Positions 25,801 to 39,093 of a DNA stretch of 64,000 nt are shown one piece after another. Both the position numbers and the translations under genes were made by a program. Below the pieces are notes generated by a model. The model did not search any database. It was not told where the DNA came from and worked only from the letters and a program-made list of their open reading frames with translations. Every line of letters begins with the position of its first letter. Within the stretch, counting starts at the first letter, position 1. The DNA is from Tubulanus polymorphus (lineage: Eukaryota; Animalia; Nemertea), in the NCBI RefSeq assembly GCF_964204645.1, contig NC_134027.1, positions 2,264,485 through 2,328,484 on the forward strand, given 5' to 3'.

Positions 25801-28651
25801 CTTTATGACGCTTTCATCCACCAGCTATTGATTTAGAATTATGGAAGCGTATAATCGTATAATGATATTAATTCATTTATCAATATATAAAACATGGACC
25901 TCTAACAAAATTGGATTGATTGGTGAAACTGTATCTCATCATATTGATGATGATGGTTTTTATTGCAATCTATAGATTACATTGTTCGGAACGGCGGTTA
26001 TACGTTATTTGAAAATGCGATACTAGAAAAACAAGGCAGAAAAGGCATCATTTCAAGTTTCAAATCAGATCTATCTGAATGTCACACAGTTTGTAACTCC
26101 AACTCGTCCTGTAAAACATTCGCCTTTGATCCGCCATCACAGAGCTGTTCATTGATCGACAAGTTTGTAATTTCGCCGGCATATTATAGAGTGAAATCAT
26201 CAAGAAAAGACGTGATTTTTACTCGCTGTAAGTATCATATTTATTTCATACTTTCGAGAAATATAACAAATTGAAGTGAAATGTGTCCACTTCATGCTTT
26301 AACATTGATTATGTTAAAATCTCTTTCTAAATTGCTCCATTATCCTGTAATGTTTTTATCTCTATGTTTCTCATTTGTCTTAAGTGAACTGTCTATCCAA
26401 TAATGTATCTGTTTTACATTAAGTTATTTTGAAGTTTGAATTTGTTCTCGACTCAATCCACACAGTGAAGAGTTAGGGGGATTTGACTCCGAAAATGAAC
26501 TTATACTAACTCTGAGATAACTCTTACCCACAGCTGTGGAACTGAATATACTGCTTGACAAAATGTAAATTGTTAAACATATGATTGTTTTTATTGCAAG
26601 ATGTGAAGGGATATGTTCTAAGGACAAACTACGATTGTGGTGGCGATTCTAAGAAGAGAGTTACTAGTATTCAGGAATGTTCTACGCGCTGTGATCAGTC
26701 TGAATTATGTTCTACATTCGATTGGCAAAACTCATCCGAGTGCGCTATCAACCCCTTCGAAAATGCGACTTGCAACATCATGAAATATTCGTACTCATAC
26801 TGGAAACAAAAGAGTAAGTATAGTAAAACTTCATCGACTAGATTTGGTTGCGGTTGGTGATGTATGCTGCCTGCAGCTCATGCTGAGGGACTTTCATGAA
26901 TTTCAGATATCAATGGTTTTATAATCAGACAAAAACCGTTTAAAGCGGATTCGCTGATGAAACAACGAGCAAGTAATTCATCAAAGATCGAGATGTTGAA
27001 ACAATCCGATGTCGATTCTGGAAAGGCTCGTTGTGATGAGAAATTCCATAACGAATCGGAGTCATGTGTAGGGTTTGCTGCTGTGGTACGTGGTTCTGGT
27101 GTCGACGTAATTCTCGGCGGAGACGTTGCTGAAAACGACTGGTTAATTAAAGTGGAAAACCTGCGAGGACAGCGAAATGAAACGACGTATGGAATTGTGT
27201 ACTACGAAAACATCGGTAGGACAATTCTATGCACTAGAATATTCCCTTAGTTATTACTTTAATTTCGATCGCTCGGATACAAAATTATTAATCTTATCCT
27301 ATTCCCTCTAATTTCAAATTTCTATTCTAATTCGTTATAAAATATTATCAGATATTAATGGTAAATCAAATACTTTATCTATGACGTTATTTGTTTTTTA
27401 TTAGAATTACAACACTACATAAGAATAAACAATGTATTAGAAACGTGTGAATCACAAGTGAATGAAATACCGATCGCGTATTCCGATCAATCGCTGATAG
27501 ATTGTCAACAGCTGGCGCAGATTTCCCATTCGCGAGGATTTATATTCGATTCAAAGACGCAGAAGTGTGAGTTTTTCTACCGTTACGATATTCGATCAAC
27601 GACTTGTCGCGAAGCATCAATTTTTTCATATACCCGCGGTAGGTTACAAGGTTATGTAGGTTCGAATTCGATCAGGTTTTGAATAAAGAATCAAATCATA
27701 GTTCAAATAATATGAAAATATTCTTAGATACAATACGAAATGTTCTTTTTCAAAATACTACCAAAAAAAAATTATTCCTTACTTTTGAAATTGTTGCCGT
27801 GTCCTATTTTAAGATACACCAACTCACGGCGTGCGAATTGGATCATGTTTAACCGACAACGACAGGTTATCTGTCGAGTACGAAAAAATGTCTTTGACAA
27901 AATGTGCCCAGAAGGCTTTAAACAGCGAAGCAAATTTTGAGTATAGTTTTCAACAAGGATGTTTACTTCAAGTCTCTAAAGAATGTTCAACCACGGATGG
28001 CAGTTCACAGCAACTTACGTATGATCTACTTCGTGAGTTCGTGCATAATTGATATCCTCGTGTTTTTGTTGTTCGCTCCATGTTCGTGAAGGTTTCACCG
28101 AATCAAATTCCAGATCAAGACGGATTCGTGCTTAGAAAGGGGTACTGCTGTCTACCACGTGATATTTCCACCATCAGAAACAGAAATGAAAACTGCTTGC
28201 AAGTGGGCTGTGCATACGGGTATGGAATGAGAATTGACTATGCGGCAGGCACGCTGAGTACTTGGGATTACGCAGAATCCAACAAGTGCTTTAAAGCGCT
28301 ACCGATGTCAGACTGTCATTCTTACAATATGATCGGTACGTGTTGTCAGTGGTGACTGGTGTCTTACCTCGTAAATGAGAAATTGTTTATGTAAGGATAA
28401 GATGTCTAACAACATTTATTTTTTAGCTGTAGATGGTTATGATTTTTTTGCCGAAAGCGGTTGCCGAAAATATGCAATACTCGATAAGGAGATCCCGTAC
28501 GGACCGAGCTCCTGTGCTGAGAAGTGTAACGACAACTCCAGATGCACTGCGTTTGTCGTGCGATATTCAAGTGGTGAAATCTTCTGCGAATTGTTTAAAA
28601 CCTGTAAATTTACATCTGATAAAGTAGAAATGTCATACGTCTATACTTTAA
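22875..28651 (+). CDS. Secreted multi-PAN/apple-like domain protein (signal exon plus ~15 module exons; C-terminus unresolved)
   Basis: Exon 22875-22920 spliced to 23145 gives MPVEKCQIICLVCVMAKICFA-LDGY (signal peptide). Following ~200-300 nt exons, phase 1 where checked, carry CxxxC-x(4-5)-C-xx-F-x(n)-C motifs (e.g. ECATECDNTVRCEGFIF, SCAEKCNDNSRCTAFV). Confidence 0.8.
26451..26543. mobile_element. Degenerate MITE related to 62254-62353
   Basis: Shares gatttgactc, gaaaatgaactta, taactct and ctgtggaactg in the same order as the 62254 element. Confidence 0.5.
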
Positions 28652-29755
28652 GTAAGTAACCCTAGACCCCCTGCTGATAATCTGTAGAGCAACATCTGAT
28701 ATATCTTCGGTAGAGACCTGAGATTCATGTAACATTTAAGCTTATTTCCAAATTAGTAAGCAATATTCAACAAGACGAACATTTGCGGGAACAAATCTTA
28801 TGTAATTATGTTAAGATTTATAGATATACAGATACCGATAAGTTATCCATTTTGGTCACTTGTAATCTACCTGATGAGGGGTATCTTTCCCGAAAACGTT
28901 CTTCTTAATTGCTATTGCTTAGACTTTTGGAAATGAGATTCATTGTGTTGACGCTCTTATAGATTTTATCTATCAAATATGTACTCATTTCTAACGTAAG
29001 TGGTTCGAAAAGAATTTTCCTCATTTTTCACATGCACATAATTCGTATGCAACAAGGTAAGAACAAGTGTTTAAAACATTGACATTTTCCAGGATATATT
29101 TAAATGATTTTGTATTTTTCCTAAAATTCGAAGGTGTTTATCGGACAATGATTTTCATTTCAAGGTAAGAGTTAGTAGTGAGTGTGACGTCTATGAATAC
29201 GACAAACACCAATCACGAAATGACGTATGTTATGAAACAATTTAATATCTTCGGGAGCAACAATGGTTTTTTTTTCATTCGCGAAAAATTCAAGGAAAGA
29301 TTTACATGAAGATTCATCATTGTTCAATTCTTTTATTGCGTCTTCCTTTTTTAAGAAATACACAAACAGACAACATTCAAATATAATGTACGGTAGTATA
29401 TAAACACATTTTATTCTATATACAGCGTGTCGTACAAATCATTCAATCTAACACAAAAAGAAATATTTCAAATTGCAATAATTAGATTTTCCAAAATCAC
29501 GGATGCACTTAAAATTACTATATTTACGTTCCATGGTAACGTAGTAAACATTGTACCGACGGCGTTCGATTTACGTCAATCCGCCCTGACGTCATTCGTA
29601 GAGTTCCTCGACCTCAAGTATTATCACTTCACACATAAGCATTACGTAAGTTCAATGTATTTACACCAATTAATCATTAATCAAATTATCTACATATATA
29701 CATATATTAGTAATAAGCAGATTTATTGTGTCCTATTGTAGCCATAGTTATTGGT

Positions 29756-32700
29756 TCATAATATCACGTGCAATCTATAAAAAGTCACTACCAGAAAACC
29801 GGCAAAGGGATATAACGTTAGTGCTATCCTTGTCGAAATGGCAGAATTAATAGAATATTTCGAATTGTTTGGCTTGTTATAGGCTCTTTTTGTCGGTGAT
29901 GTGAGTACCCTCGGCTTCTGAAAGAAAAAAACAAATATTCGTTCGTAGTAAGATAGCCACACTTAATCGTGTAGAAGAGATAACACCAGCCATATACAAA
30001 TTCAACAAGAGATTAAAAATAAGATTAATCCATCAAAATTATTCTAGCTATCAAATCAGTCCGAAATGTCGTATCTTTCAACTTAAGATTCTAACTAAAA
30101 CTAATTCTAACTATCTGATGAATAGATTTTGTTTTCAATCTTTCAGATTTATATAGAGCGTGGGATTCAATTCTATTGGGCTGATTAATGATTATATATG
30201 ACTGCGCGATCCGACAGTCGTTTCTATAGCGCTTACCAGTGGTCGCGGAGTTGTTATTTTTAGTGACAAACAGGCGTGTGATATTTTAACTGCGGGCATT
30301 ACCAGATCACTGACCAGTTTCGTGGCTTCGTGTCCGCACGTTTTTCTTATATTTTCTTTCAAACATGAAACTAATACATCGTAATTTCTGCAAAGAAATA
30401 ATGAGTGACATTTGTGATCGTCTATAACGGTTAACGAAGGGTTTCACTCAACACGCTGTAAATCAATTAGAGATTCAAGAAATCCTACAAATTTAACGAG
30501 GTTTTATTTACTAAGGTTTCCTTTAATTAGAATTACGATGCATCATACAGCTGAGAGTACACGTAATATGTACATGAATCACTGCATGTGCTACGAATTT
30601 CCTCGGGTTAGAAGTCACTTATCAACGCCCCGAATACACATAGGATCGGGATAGAGCCTTCATTGAATAGATGCATAATCGCTACCGACAAGGGGTAGTC
30701 GAAAATAGTTGTAAGTTGGCACTGCAAGCGGGTAAGCCGTCGGTAAAATGGTGAACACGCCGCATCAGGTGCTGAAAGCATCCGAAAGCTGCAGATTCAC
30801 AAGAGAACATCTCATTTATAACTGATATCTTATTATTAACCGAGTGATACAGACAGTTAAATAGCGGCCGCGAGTTAGGATAATTGCTTCTTGGCAGCGG
30901 TTAAGTAAACTTGTTTCGAGTTCAGAACAAACAGGTAAACTAAAAAAACAAGCGCGCTCGCTCGTGTACATGTGTTTCGCCGTCAACAAAACGGTGCTAG
31001 TTCGTAAATCCGAACCGATGAAATTTAAACAGAACATTTTATCAGACTTATCAGGTGAAGATAAAGGTAAACGGAAAGCGGTAGGCGACGGAAAATGACT
31101 CAGGATTCATTGTGCGAGAGTTGAAAAGTTTTAAATATTTCTTGACCAATTTTGGAAGTCATGACTCACATTACAAGTTTCAGAAAAATGATTCAGATTC
31201 TTGCAACGTTCGCATTGCAGAGAATCGTATGATTTTTCATGGTAAATTTTACGAAGAAATTTCATCTATAAAGAAGGTTATCGCACACTTCATACAGAGC
31301 TTCTTCCAACAGAAAATCCATTAGTGTGATTATATAATGATTTATTAACGATATTTATAGATGAAAGTGCCCGTAGATTAATGCCGAGAATGAACAGCTC
31401 CGGTAAATTTAGACCGAAAAATCCATTAACGTTGATAGCTCGAGCCAGATCGCTGCAGTGACTAGACACTGCGAATTTCTGTCACTGGCTGTGACTTTTC
31501 AGTTGCGAGGGCTCAATAACAAACAACCGTTATAAGGAAATCGTTTTGGGAAATTAATATAAAATCTCACTCTAGGAATAAAAAGAATCCGAAATATTTC
31601 TTTGAGCTAATAATTTATTCGGCGTTTCGACAATCAGCCATCTTCAGGAATACACATAGCAATATTCATGAAGATGGCTAAAGTCGAAACATCATGAAAA
31701 CATCTGGGATTCTTTTTATTCTCAATGTATGATTTTACTCTATTTTCAACACAACAGCGTTTCCTCAATGGCTAGCTCTGGGAAGCTGTAAATTGATTAT
31801 TCTTTTTAATACACATCAATCGTCACATTATGGATAATACGTACCTGCAAACGTTTTTCAATGCTTTGTTTCGTCCATCGACCGCTTCCACCCAATTAGA
31901 ATCAGATTTTACCCTAAAATCGCTGTAACACTGACTCGAAATTGTGCTAGTTCTGATGTAACAGTTCTGCTGTAACGCGTATACTGTAAAGATAGAATAA
32001 AAACCTGCATTGAACTACACAAATATTCAATGTTTATCTTAATCATTTTAGAGCCTTTAATTTTCCATCATAGAATTTCATGCAACTTGTACCACAACAT
32101 TTAGATCTGTTGACTTGTTAATCTATATTTGAATGTGCGACAAAATTCATATTTGATTCACGTCAAATCATTGCATTGCAATATCATATACATGTTATAT
32201 AGATACGACATGCTGCACATTATCTAGAAGTGATGACGCCGAGGGGATCATATGCGCTGAATTCAGCGAAGGAATTGTCACTTACAATCGAATAAATCTC
32301 TCCTGCTACATAACTCATCCAATATCAGCATATGATCGGTTTCAGCGTTGATCTGTTTCGTAGCTCTTGGACATTCAATTCTTAAACGTGTCAGACACAT
32401 CGTAGCCGGTCTGTATGTACTGAAGAATATATCATTCACGAATATCAAAATCTTAATCATCAGATAAAAACTGAAATATCGTTCCCTTATCCGACGTTAA
32501 CATGATAGATAAACCTCTCAAAGGATTATCTTGATAATATCACAAGAATAAAACATGTCGTATCAATTCCATGGTAACATATCGAATAACAATACCATAT
32601 ATACATATATATTTGTTAGCTTGAAATTTACTGTTTTTCTTATCATCAGAAGCTCATCGGTTATTCGAACGACATTTTTTCTTCTCCCAGAAGAGGGTTC

Positions 32701-34239
32701 GAATTGCAGCAAAATGAGATAGGTTGTGAATTATTGAACAAACTCCGAATGGCTGTTTCCGCTATTCGTAGATCGACCGAATGCGAGTGCAGGAGGACGT
32801 GTTTTTTCACAATCTTGTAATTGATGAAACGACAGTCGTTCAATAATTCAATGTAAGACAATGCGTGTTAGGCGCCATGTCTTAAAGTGCTCGAGGATAC
32901 CATTTCAATCCTGTCATACTTTATCTTGTAGTTCTTGTCAACTTAACTCGAAATTCGAATACTAGTACTTTTCATACAGACATGCATGATTTGGAATATT
33001 TGACAGATATACCCAATAAGAATTCTCTATTTGAGGGTTATTCATATGAAATTGGTTTTTCAATAAGTAATTTTGAAATATTTCTGCTTGGACTTTAAAA
33101 TCATTCGCTATTCCAAATCCGCAGATAAACCTGTCTACGAAATGGGCTGCTATTTTATTAGTTACCGCGAGGGTTTTGTAAATATTGCATTTTGCCTGCT
33201 TCATTACGATTAGAGTGTTCGTCTCTCGGCATTCTCGGACCACGGGGTTTGTAATAGAATTCTTATCGTAAATAAAAATCTATTCCACGATTTATGAAAA
33301 TGTCGCGTCGCGTCAAGAACTGAGAAGGTGCATTCAGATAGAACACAGGTTTTTCGTCACTATTGATGAATTACTGGAGTTCGTGGTGTTGCATAAATTT
33401 TCCTTCGCTAAAACGAAAACGATTTGAAATGTATATCTAGCCATCGGTAAGCTGTTGAGGAGCGCTTTATGATTCACGAACGTGGAAGAATCGGATCGGT
33501 CGAATCTGGAGAGAGTATTCAGATATCGCCGTTTCAACTGGCCAATGTGTGCAGATAATTAAGAAAGATAACAACGCTTCTAACCCCTGTGTACTGCATG
33601 AATTACATAAATAGAATATGAGGAATTATTGCTAATTATCAACCGATCAAACCTATTCATTTGATGAGGTTAATGATGAATTTGAGCGACGATTGGTAAC
33701 GCGGTAATTTCCATTGGCGTCAAGAAAATGTCATATAAATGCTGTTGATCCTACAGCGGAACTGTGTCTATTCCTATAGCAAAATAGCGCGATAAATTAG
33801 TCATTTATGGCCTTTTAACGGCTTTTGAAATGCAACAAGTTTCCAGAGGGAACTGTGTGACTTTCTAAACAACAAACACCAGGCAAACAACAAATGTCTC
33901 GTGAATTACGTTTAAATTGGATGATGCCGGCAGTCAAAAATAGACCTGTGAAATATTTCATATTCAACCCTTAGATTATCGTTTATTGACAAACTGTGCT
34001 TTTGACTTGAAATATCAGCAATAAAAGAGACACGTTTTAAAGGGAGACAACGTGATCGATGTCGACGATGTCTAGAATTACTTACGCGCATAAATAACGG
34101 AGGACTTCGACATCAACCCCGGTGAATAAACGAGTCGGTTGCTCTGTTATCACACGACTGAACGTATTGTACTGCGTTAAACACGTGCTAACTTCCATCG
34201 AAATGTTTGCCGGACACAGGCCAGTGACCTTTGCCACTC
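29756..34239 (-). CDS. Cys-rich, probably GPI-anchored protein, DUF19/T20D4.11-like (first exon not located)
   Basis: Exons 34239-34086, 32419-32286, 31983-31845, 30387-30238, 29917-29756 join in compatible phases; 12 Cys in two 6-Cys repeats; S/T/P stalk then NSA plus a hydrophobic tail (IALTLYPFAGFLVVTF). Confidence 0.75.
31535..31765. mobile_element. Old Penelope-like inverted pair with degenerate hammerhead motifs
   Basis: Imperfect inverted repeat; minus strand 31652-31616 reads tattc-CTGAAGA-t-ggc-tgatt-gtc-GAAAC-GCC-gaata; plus arm tattcATGAAGAtggctaaagtcGAAAC. Confidence 0.6.
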
Positions 34240-37200
34240 CTAGAAAACAACAAATTGGTGTAAGATGCACGTTTGGGTGTGGTTTTTCTAAAAAACAAAA
34301 AAACAAATCTACAAGAATGTCTTCATCATTTTATGTCGTTCGCAATCCGGCTCCGATGGAAACTATACTCCATCCATCTTATCCATTGCTCACATCGTGT
34401 ACTTACAAGTGCCATCGAAACCTGATTTCACGCAAACGATTATCCAGGCAACTTTTCATTTTTTATCATAAAGTATGAAACGATCACTTCAAACTGGTAA
34501 CGGCGTGGATAGATAAATAATCTCGAGCATTTTTATTCATATATACGGGTTACGAGTGAAGCGATCCAATAACGATATTTTGATTTTATCGTTAGTACAA
34601 AATTACTGCAAGTCGGTTGAGCTGAAGGAAAACTGAAGTATCAATCCTGGTAGTCTATACAGATTTCCTTATCATGCGATACGATCGAATAAGTTACCAG
34701 TCCATATCGACTGTATTAGAACAATTTTTTCAAAGAGGAAGAGATTTAATGTAAAGTGAGCATTTTTGTTTATTTTGTGACTGGAAATCGTGTGTTATGC
34801 AATACAGGTCGGGGTATATTAACGTTAAACACACGTAGCTCGTTTAAGCGACACATAAATCGTTTAAAACAAGCCGATCATGTCGATTTTACCGCATCGA
34901 AAATGATTGATGGTGTCGCCAGTCTGGAACCGCGTGGAAAAAGTCGCAGTCGCGGTATTGAGAATAAGCAAATATTAGCCAATTCTTACATCATCATCGC
35001 TGGCATATGGCGTTGATTTAAGAACTCCCATCGACTTCATCATTTAAAACTCACGAAAACCGGTGAATTTTAAGGGAGTACATGGGTGTAGTATAAGATG
35101 ATATGTAGAAACTTGTAAGTTACACTTTTACTGATAGACACTGCAGCGTACATCGCTTAGGAAACACGTAACTAGGCGTTATCTCGATAGTTTACACGGA
35201 TTCACCATCAGAATCATATCTCTTACCAGCTAATTTATGATACCCGTGTAGTTAAATTCGCAATATCACTGGCGATGCAACTCGCCACAAGCATTTTGAA
35301 AACCCAGTATGTTAGAATTGCCTATAACTGCTGTCACTGAAGAATATTTATCTCGGGGGTGGATTTAGGGGGCAGGGAGCCCACCTATCTTTGCCAAGAT
35401 AATTTTTTCACAGATTGGCAAAAGAACCTAGAAAATATCAACAGCTGAAAATATACCATCAAACCATGGACTCTAAAACTCTATTCGTCCTTGATTAAAC
35501 CAGTCGGAATCATTTTGCAAGTCATTTCTGTGAACAGCTGACTTGAAGTCCTGTCCAGAATGAAGCCTGGATCATTTTGATTTAAAATCACTCTGGATAC
35601 TCGGAAAATGGTACATTTTCAAAATTATTTTGTATTGAACTTGATTGGAAAAGACGAATTCACTGAAACAGGTGTCTAAATCATATATACACTCATACAT
35701 ATTCTACTAAAATGGCAGAAATGGCAGTACGAATCTAAACATTATTAATCTAAACATTATTGGAATGTAGAAACCGTTAAACCGGTGCGGAACGAGTTTC
35801 TTTAACAGAATATACGCGGTTAGCTATTGTTCTGATATTACAATCTTATCATCAGTGCCATCTTTCTGCCGCGGGGAGTCCTTTCAAAACTTAAAGTTCA
35901 CGTCGACTATTTTCCCTAAGCTTTTGAAAGAATTTTCAACGTTCTGGGTTAAAAGTTTCCTCGCATAATATGATATCCATTGCCGACTTGGTCGGTTTGG
36001 CTTCTTATACTTCTCGGGCCTTAAGAATATATCCGATGAAAGCCGACTGACGAATGTATTGCCAACATTTTGCCATATGAAATACACTACGCATTGAAAA
36101 GACCAATTCGGGACGTTTTGTTTAGTCTCTGAAAGGAGCTGCAATTTGTAACCCGATAGTTTTAAATGGATGAAGCCAAATAGATTTGGTGGAATCTATT
36201 CGACAAATCACAACAAAAGCAATGATATTCTTCGATTCATTGAGAAGGCGAGTGCCAATGCTTCAACTTTTTAATTAATGCTTGATTTCAAATATTGGAC
36301 ATCAGCAGAATCAATGAAATGTCAATTTGTCCACAGAGAAAATATTTCACCCTTACGACATACTTCCTCAAAATATTTTGTCAATAGGTTCTTATTGTTG
36401 TAAGATTGTTTTGACTGATTTTCCACAACCATAGACCCTACCGTTATATATGACTGGGTCACAAGGACTGTGTGGCGTTGAGGTAAAGATTATAGCCCGT
36501 CTAAAGCCGCTACCCTATAATTTTCTTAAAGAACTGTCGTCAATTCATCTTCAGTTAGCTTTTGTTAGATTAACAACCATGTACGCGCATAGTAGAGCCG
36601 AATACCCGGCATATAGCTGCTAACAACTTGATATATTTAGATTTTTAAGAAAGGCAGTTACTTAAAATTCATTCTTCGTCGATAGTTTTTCCTGAGTATT
36701 GTGCGGGTTGGAAAATATATAAAAAGCGTATCTAACTTAACTTGCAGACGATGCATTATTTACCAAGGCGATAAAAGGCAGCGAATGAACATTGAATGAT
36801 AATTTTTAACGCATTGTTAAATAATTATGGTCCTCGATAAATACCCCGGGGCGATCGAACGGGTCCAATACTCGTGACATACGGAGACGATCTGTTAAAA
36901 ATAAGGTTTTTTTTCCGCACGTATTTAATGGTCGGATGAAATTTCGACTGCTTTCGTATTACAGCTAACAACGACCAATGCATAATTGTATATATATACA
37001 CATCAGATTTATGACATCGGGGACCTGAGAGTGGTAACGATGAAGGACACTTTACCCCCGTACAGAGTCCAGACATGCAATTTACTACCACTCATAAATT
37101 GATGTACCTCCAGTTTATACGAGACATTTATATCAATCTATATTTGCGCTGATGTCTGTGGCCACTAGACATTAAACTGTTTGTACGTCTATTAAGAACG

Positions 37201-39093
37201 ATTAGATCCGATATTGTTTGGAATTTACCTCCTGTTCAACTGCGAAAAAAACCGGCTACGATGATGGGCAAATGATAATTGTTTTGACATCGACGCCAAA
37301 CGCGCTCATTTCCTAGAATAACACAAATGTTCATTATGTTACGAAACGTCAGATATACCAGTCGTGTATATGTCTACGATATATTTATGGGCATATTTGC
37401 GAGGGTATCTGTATAAATACACCCTGTACCACACAAAAACGAAAAGCAAAGTTAAATGCTTCGACGGGAAGGAAAAGCTGATTGGGACATTTCGAGTAAT
37501 TTTCTTAAGGATATCTAATTCCTTCCTATCAGGGAATAAAGATGCGACTGAATTGCGAGAAAATACCAAAGCGCTTTGGGAGAAGTATTGGCGTCAGTAG
37601 TCTGGGAGGCGACTATCAGATATTAGCTCTTCACTGAATCTCTTGGTATTCTTGAGATGAATTGATAAAATGCCGCCAAATTATTAGAATAACTGCACAA
37701 ATCGAGTAAACACATCATAACGCTGAGTAGGACCTATATCACGAATCAGTGAAATCTGTACATGTGAATATAGACATAGAAGACGAAAAAATGAAAATCA
37801 GAAGACTTAAGAAATATTTTCCGCTCAAGAAGCGAATGTAACTTTGTAAAGAAATCTAAGTTATAACTGATCACGAGTTATAACCTTCAAAGCTTCATTA
37901 TAGAAATCATTCTAGTTTATTGAAATTGTAATACCTGTTAGGATTAACAATGTCCATATCTTAAATAAATTTCCAATCTCCATCGTTAATCCTGTTTTAA
38001 TAATCCATGTCGGTTGTTTCATTCTTGTGTCGGAGGCGCGAAGAGCGCGAGGTTCATGTTTATTCCGCCGTGTTGCACAGAATAGTAAATTTTACAACGG
38101 GTCGACTGTTCTTCGGAAGCTCGCCGAGTTGTCAGCGGCTTTCATCGTAAACGAAGGGGCGGACTCCAGTTCACTGGCACGTAATGATCCACCGCACCAG
38201 CGATCTCTACTAGTATAATTGCTCTTACATGGATGTAACGAGACAAAGGCCTATTAATTGCATAAAAGAGAACTGAATGAAATATACATATTCATTTCAG
38301 ATTTTATTTCACTATATGTAGACAAATAAGCAAAATGAAAAACGACATAATTTACACCCAGTTAATGAAATGAGTTAACAGTTTTGTGAAATCTTCAACA
38401 TAGTTCGGACTGACACAGGTGGATCTAGCAGGCATCCATTACATCAATCAGTGTTTAAAAGATAGAATTGACAAACGTTAAAATGATATAAATTAATATA
38501 GGTTGATTACTCGAATAAATAATCACATTAACCGCTTATATAGAGTTACGTTCGAGTGATTTATAGATATCAATTTTCCGTCCACCACAAAAAAATTAAT
38601 TACCACCACCGCCATCTAGTAGCAAGTATTCAATATCAACTTGTAACATCTTGAACAAACACATATACCAAAACACGACGGGCGCCGCATACTAGAATAG
38701 ACGGCAACTGATTCTATCAGTACCGTATCCCCGTATATTCATGACGCCAGATGCATAAGTTATGAAATTTTGTTATTTTTGAGATAAAAATCCTGTCGCT
38801 GAACATTTTATAAAAGATTTGGTAAACAATAAAAGTAAAATAAAGTAAAGGAATTTCGAGCAGTTATTGACCATCCAATCGGTCCCGCAGCTTAAGTTTA
38901 CAATCAGGGACACAAGTAAGCAGGACACGGATGCCCGATGCATTTTGTTCGTTCTCGACTCAATGGAGATTATCTCACTTTCAACCGTTTCGATAAGTTC
39001 CAGGCGTGCTTCAAGACATTTACAAATTTTCACACAAATTGTTGCTTCGCTCAAAATACAAGTACCGCGCGTAACATTCTAATTGATATTTGA

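Noticed and set aside
30600-30790. Potential extra minus-strand exon of the Cys-rich gene
   Set aside because: Inclusion breaks the Cys pattern and runs into a stop; the 31845-to-30387 junction already gives a coherent protein.
32661-33243. Adjacent minus-strand ORFs that might be a decayed gene
   Set aside because: No recognisable motif or splice logic; intronic to the Cys-rich gene.
35884-36144. 86-aa minus-strand ORF
   Set aside because: Non-ATG start and no recognisable homology.
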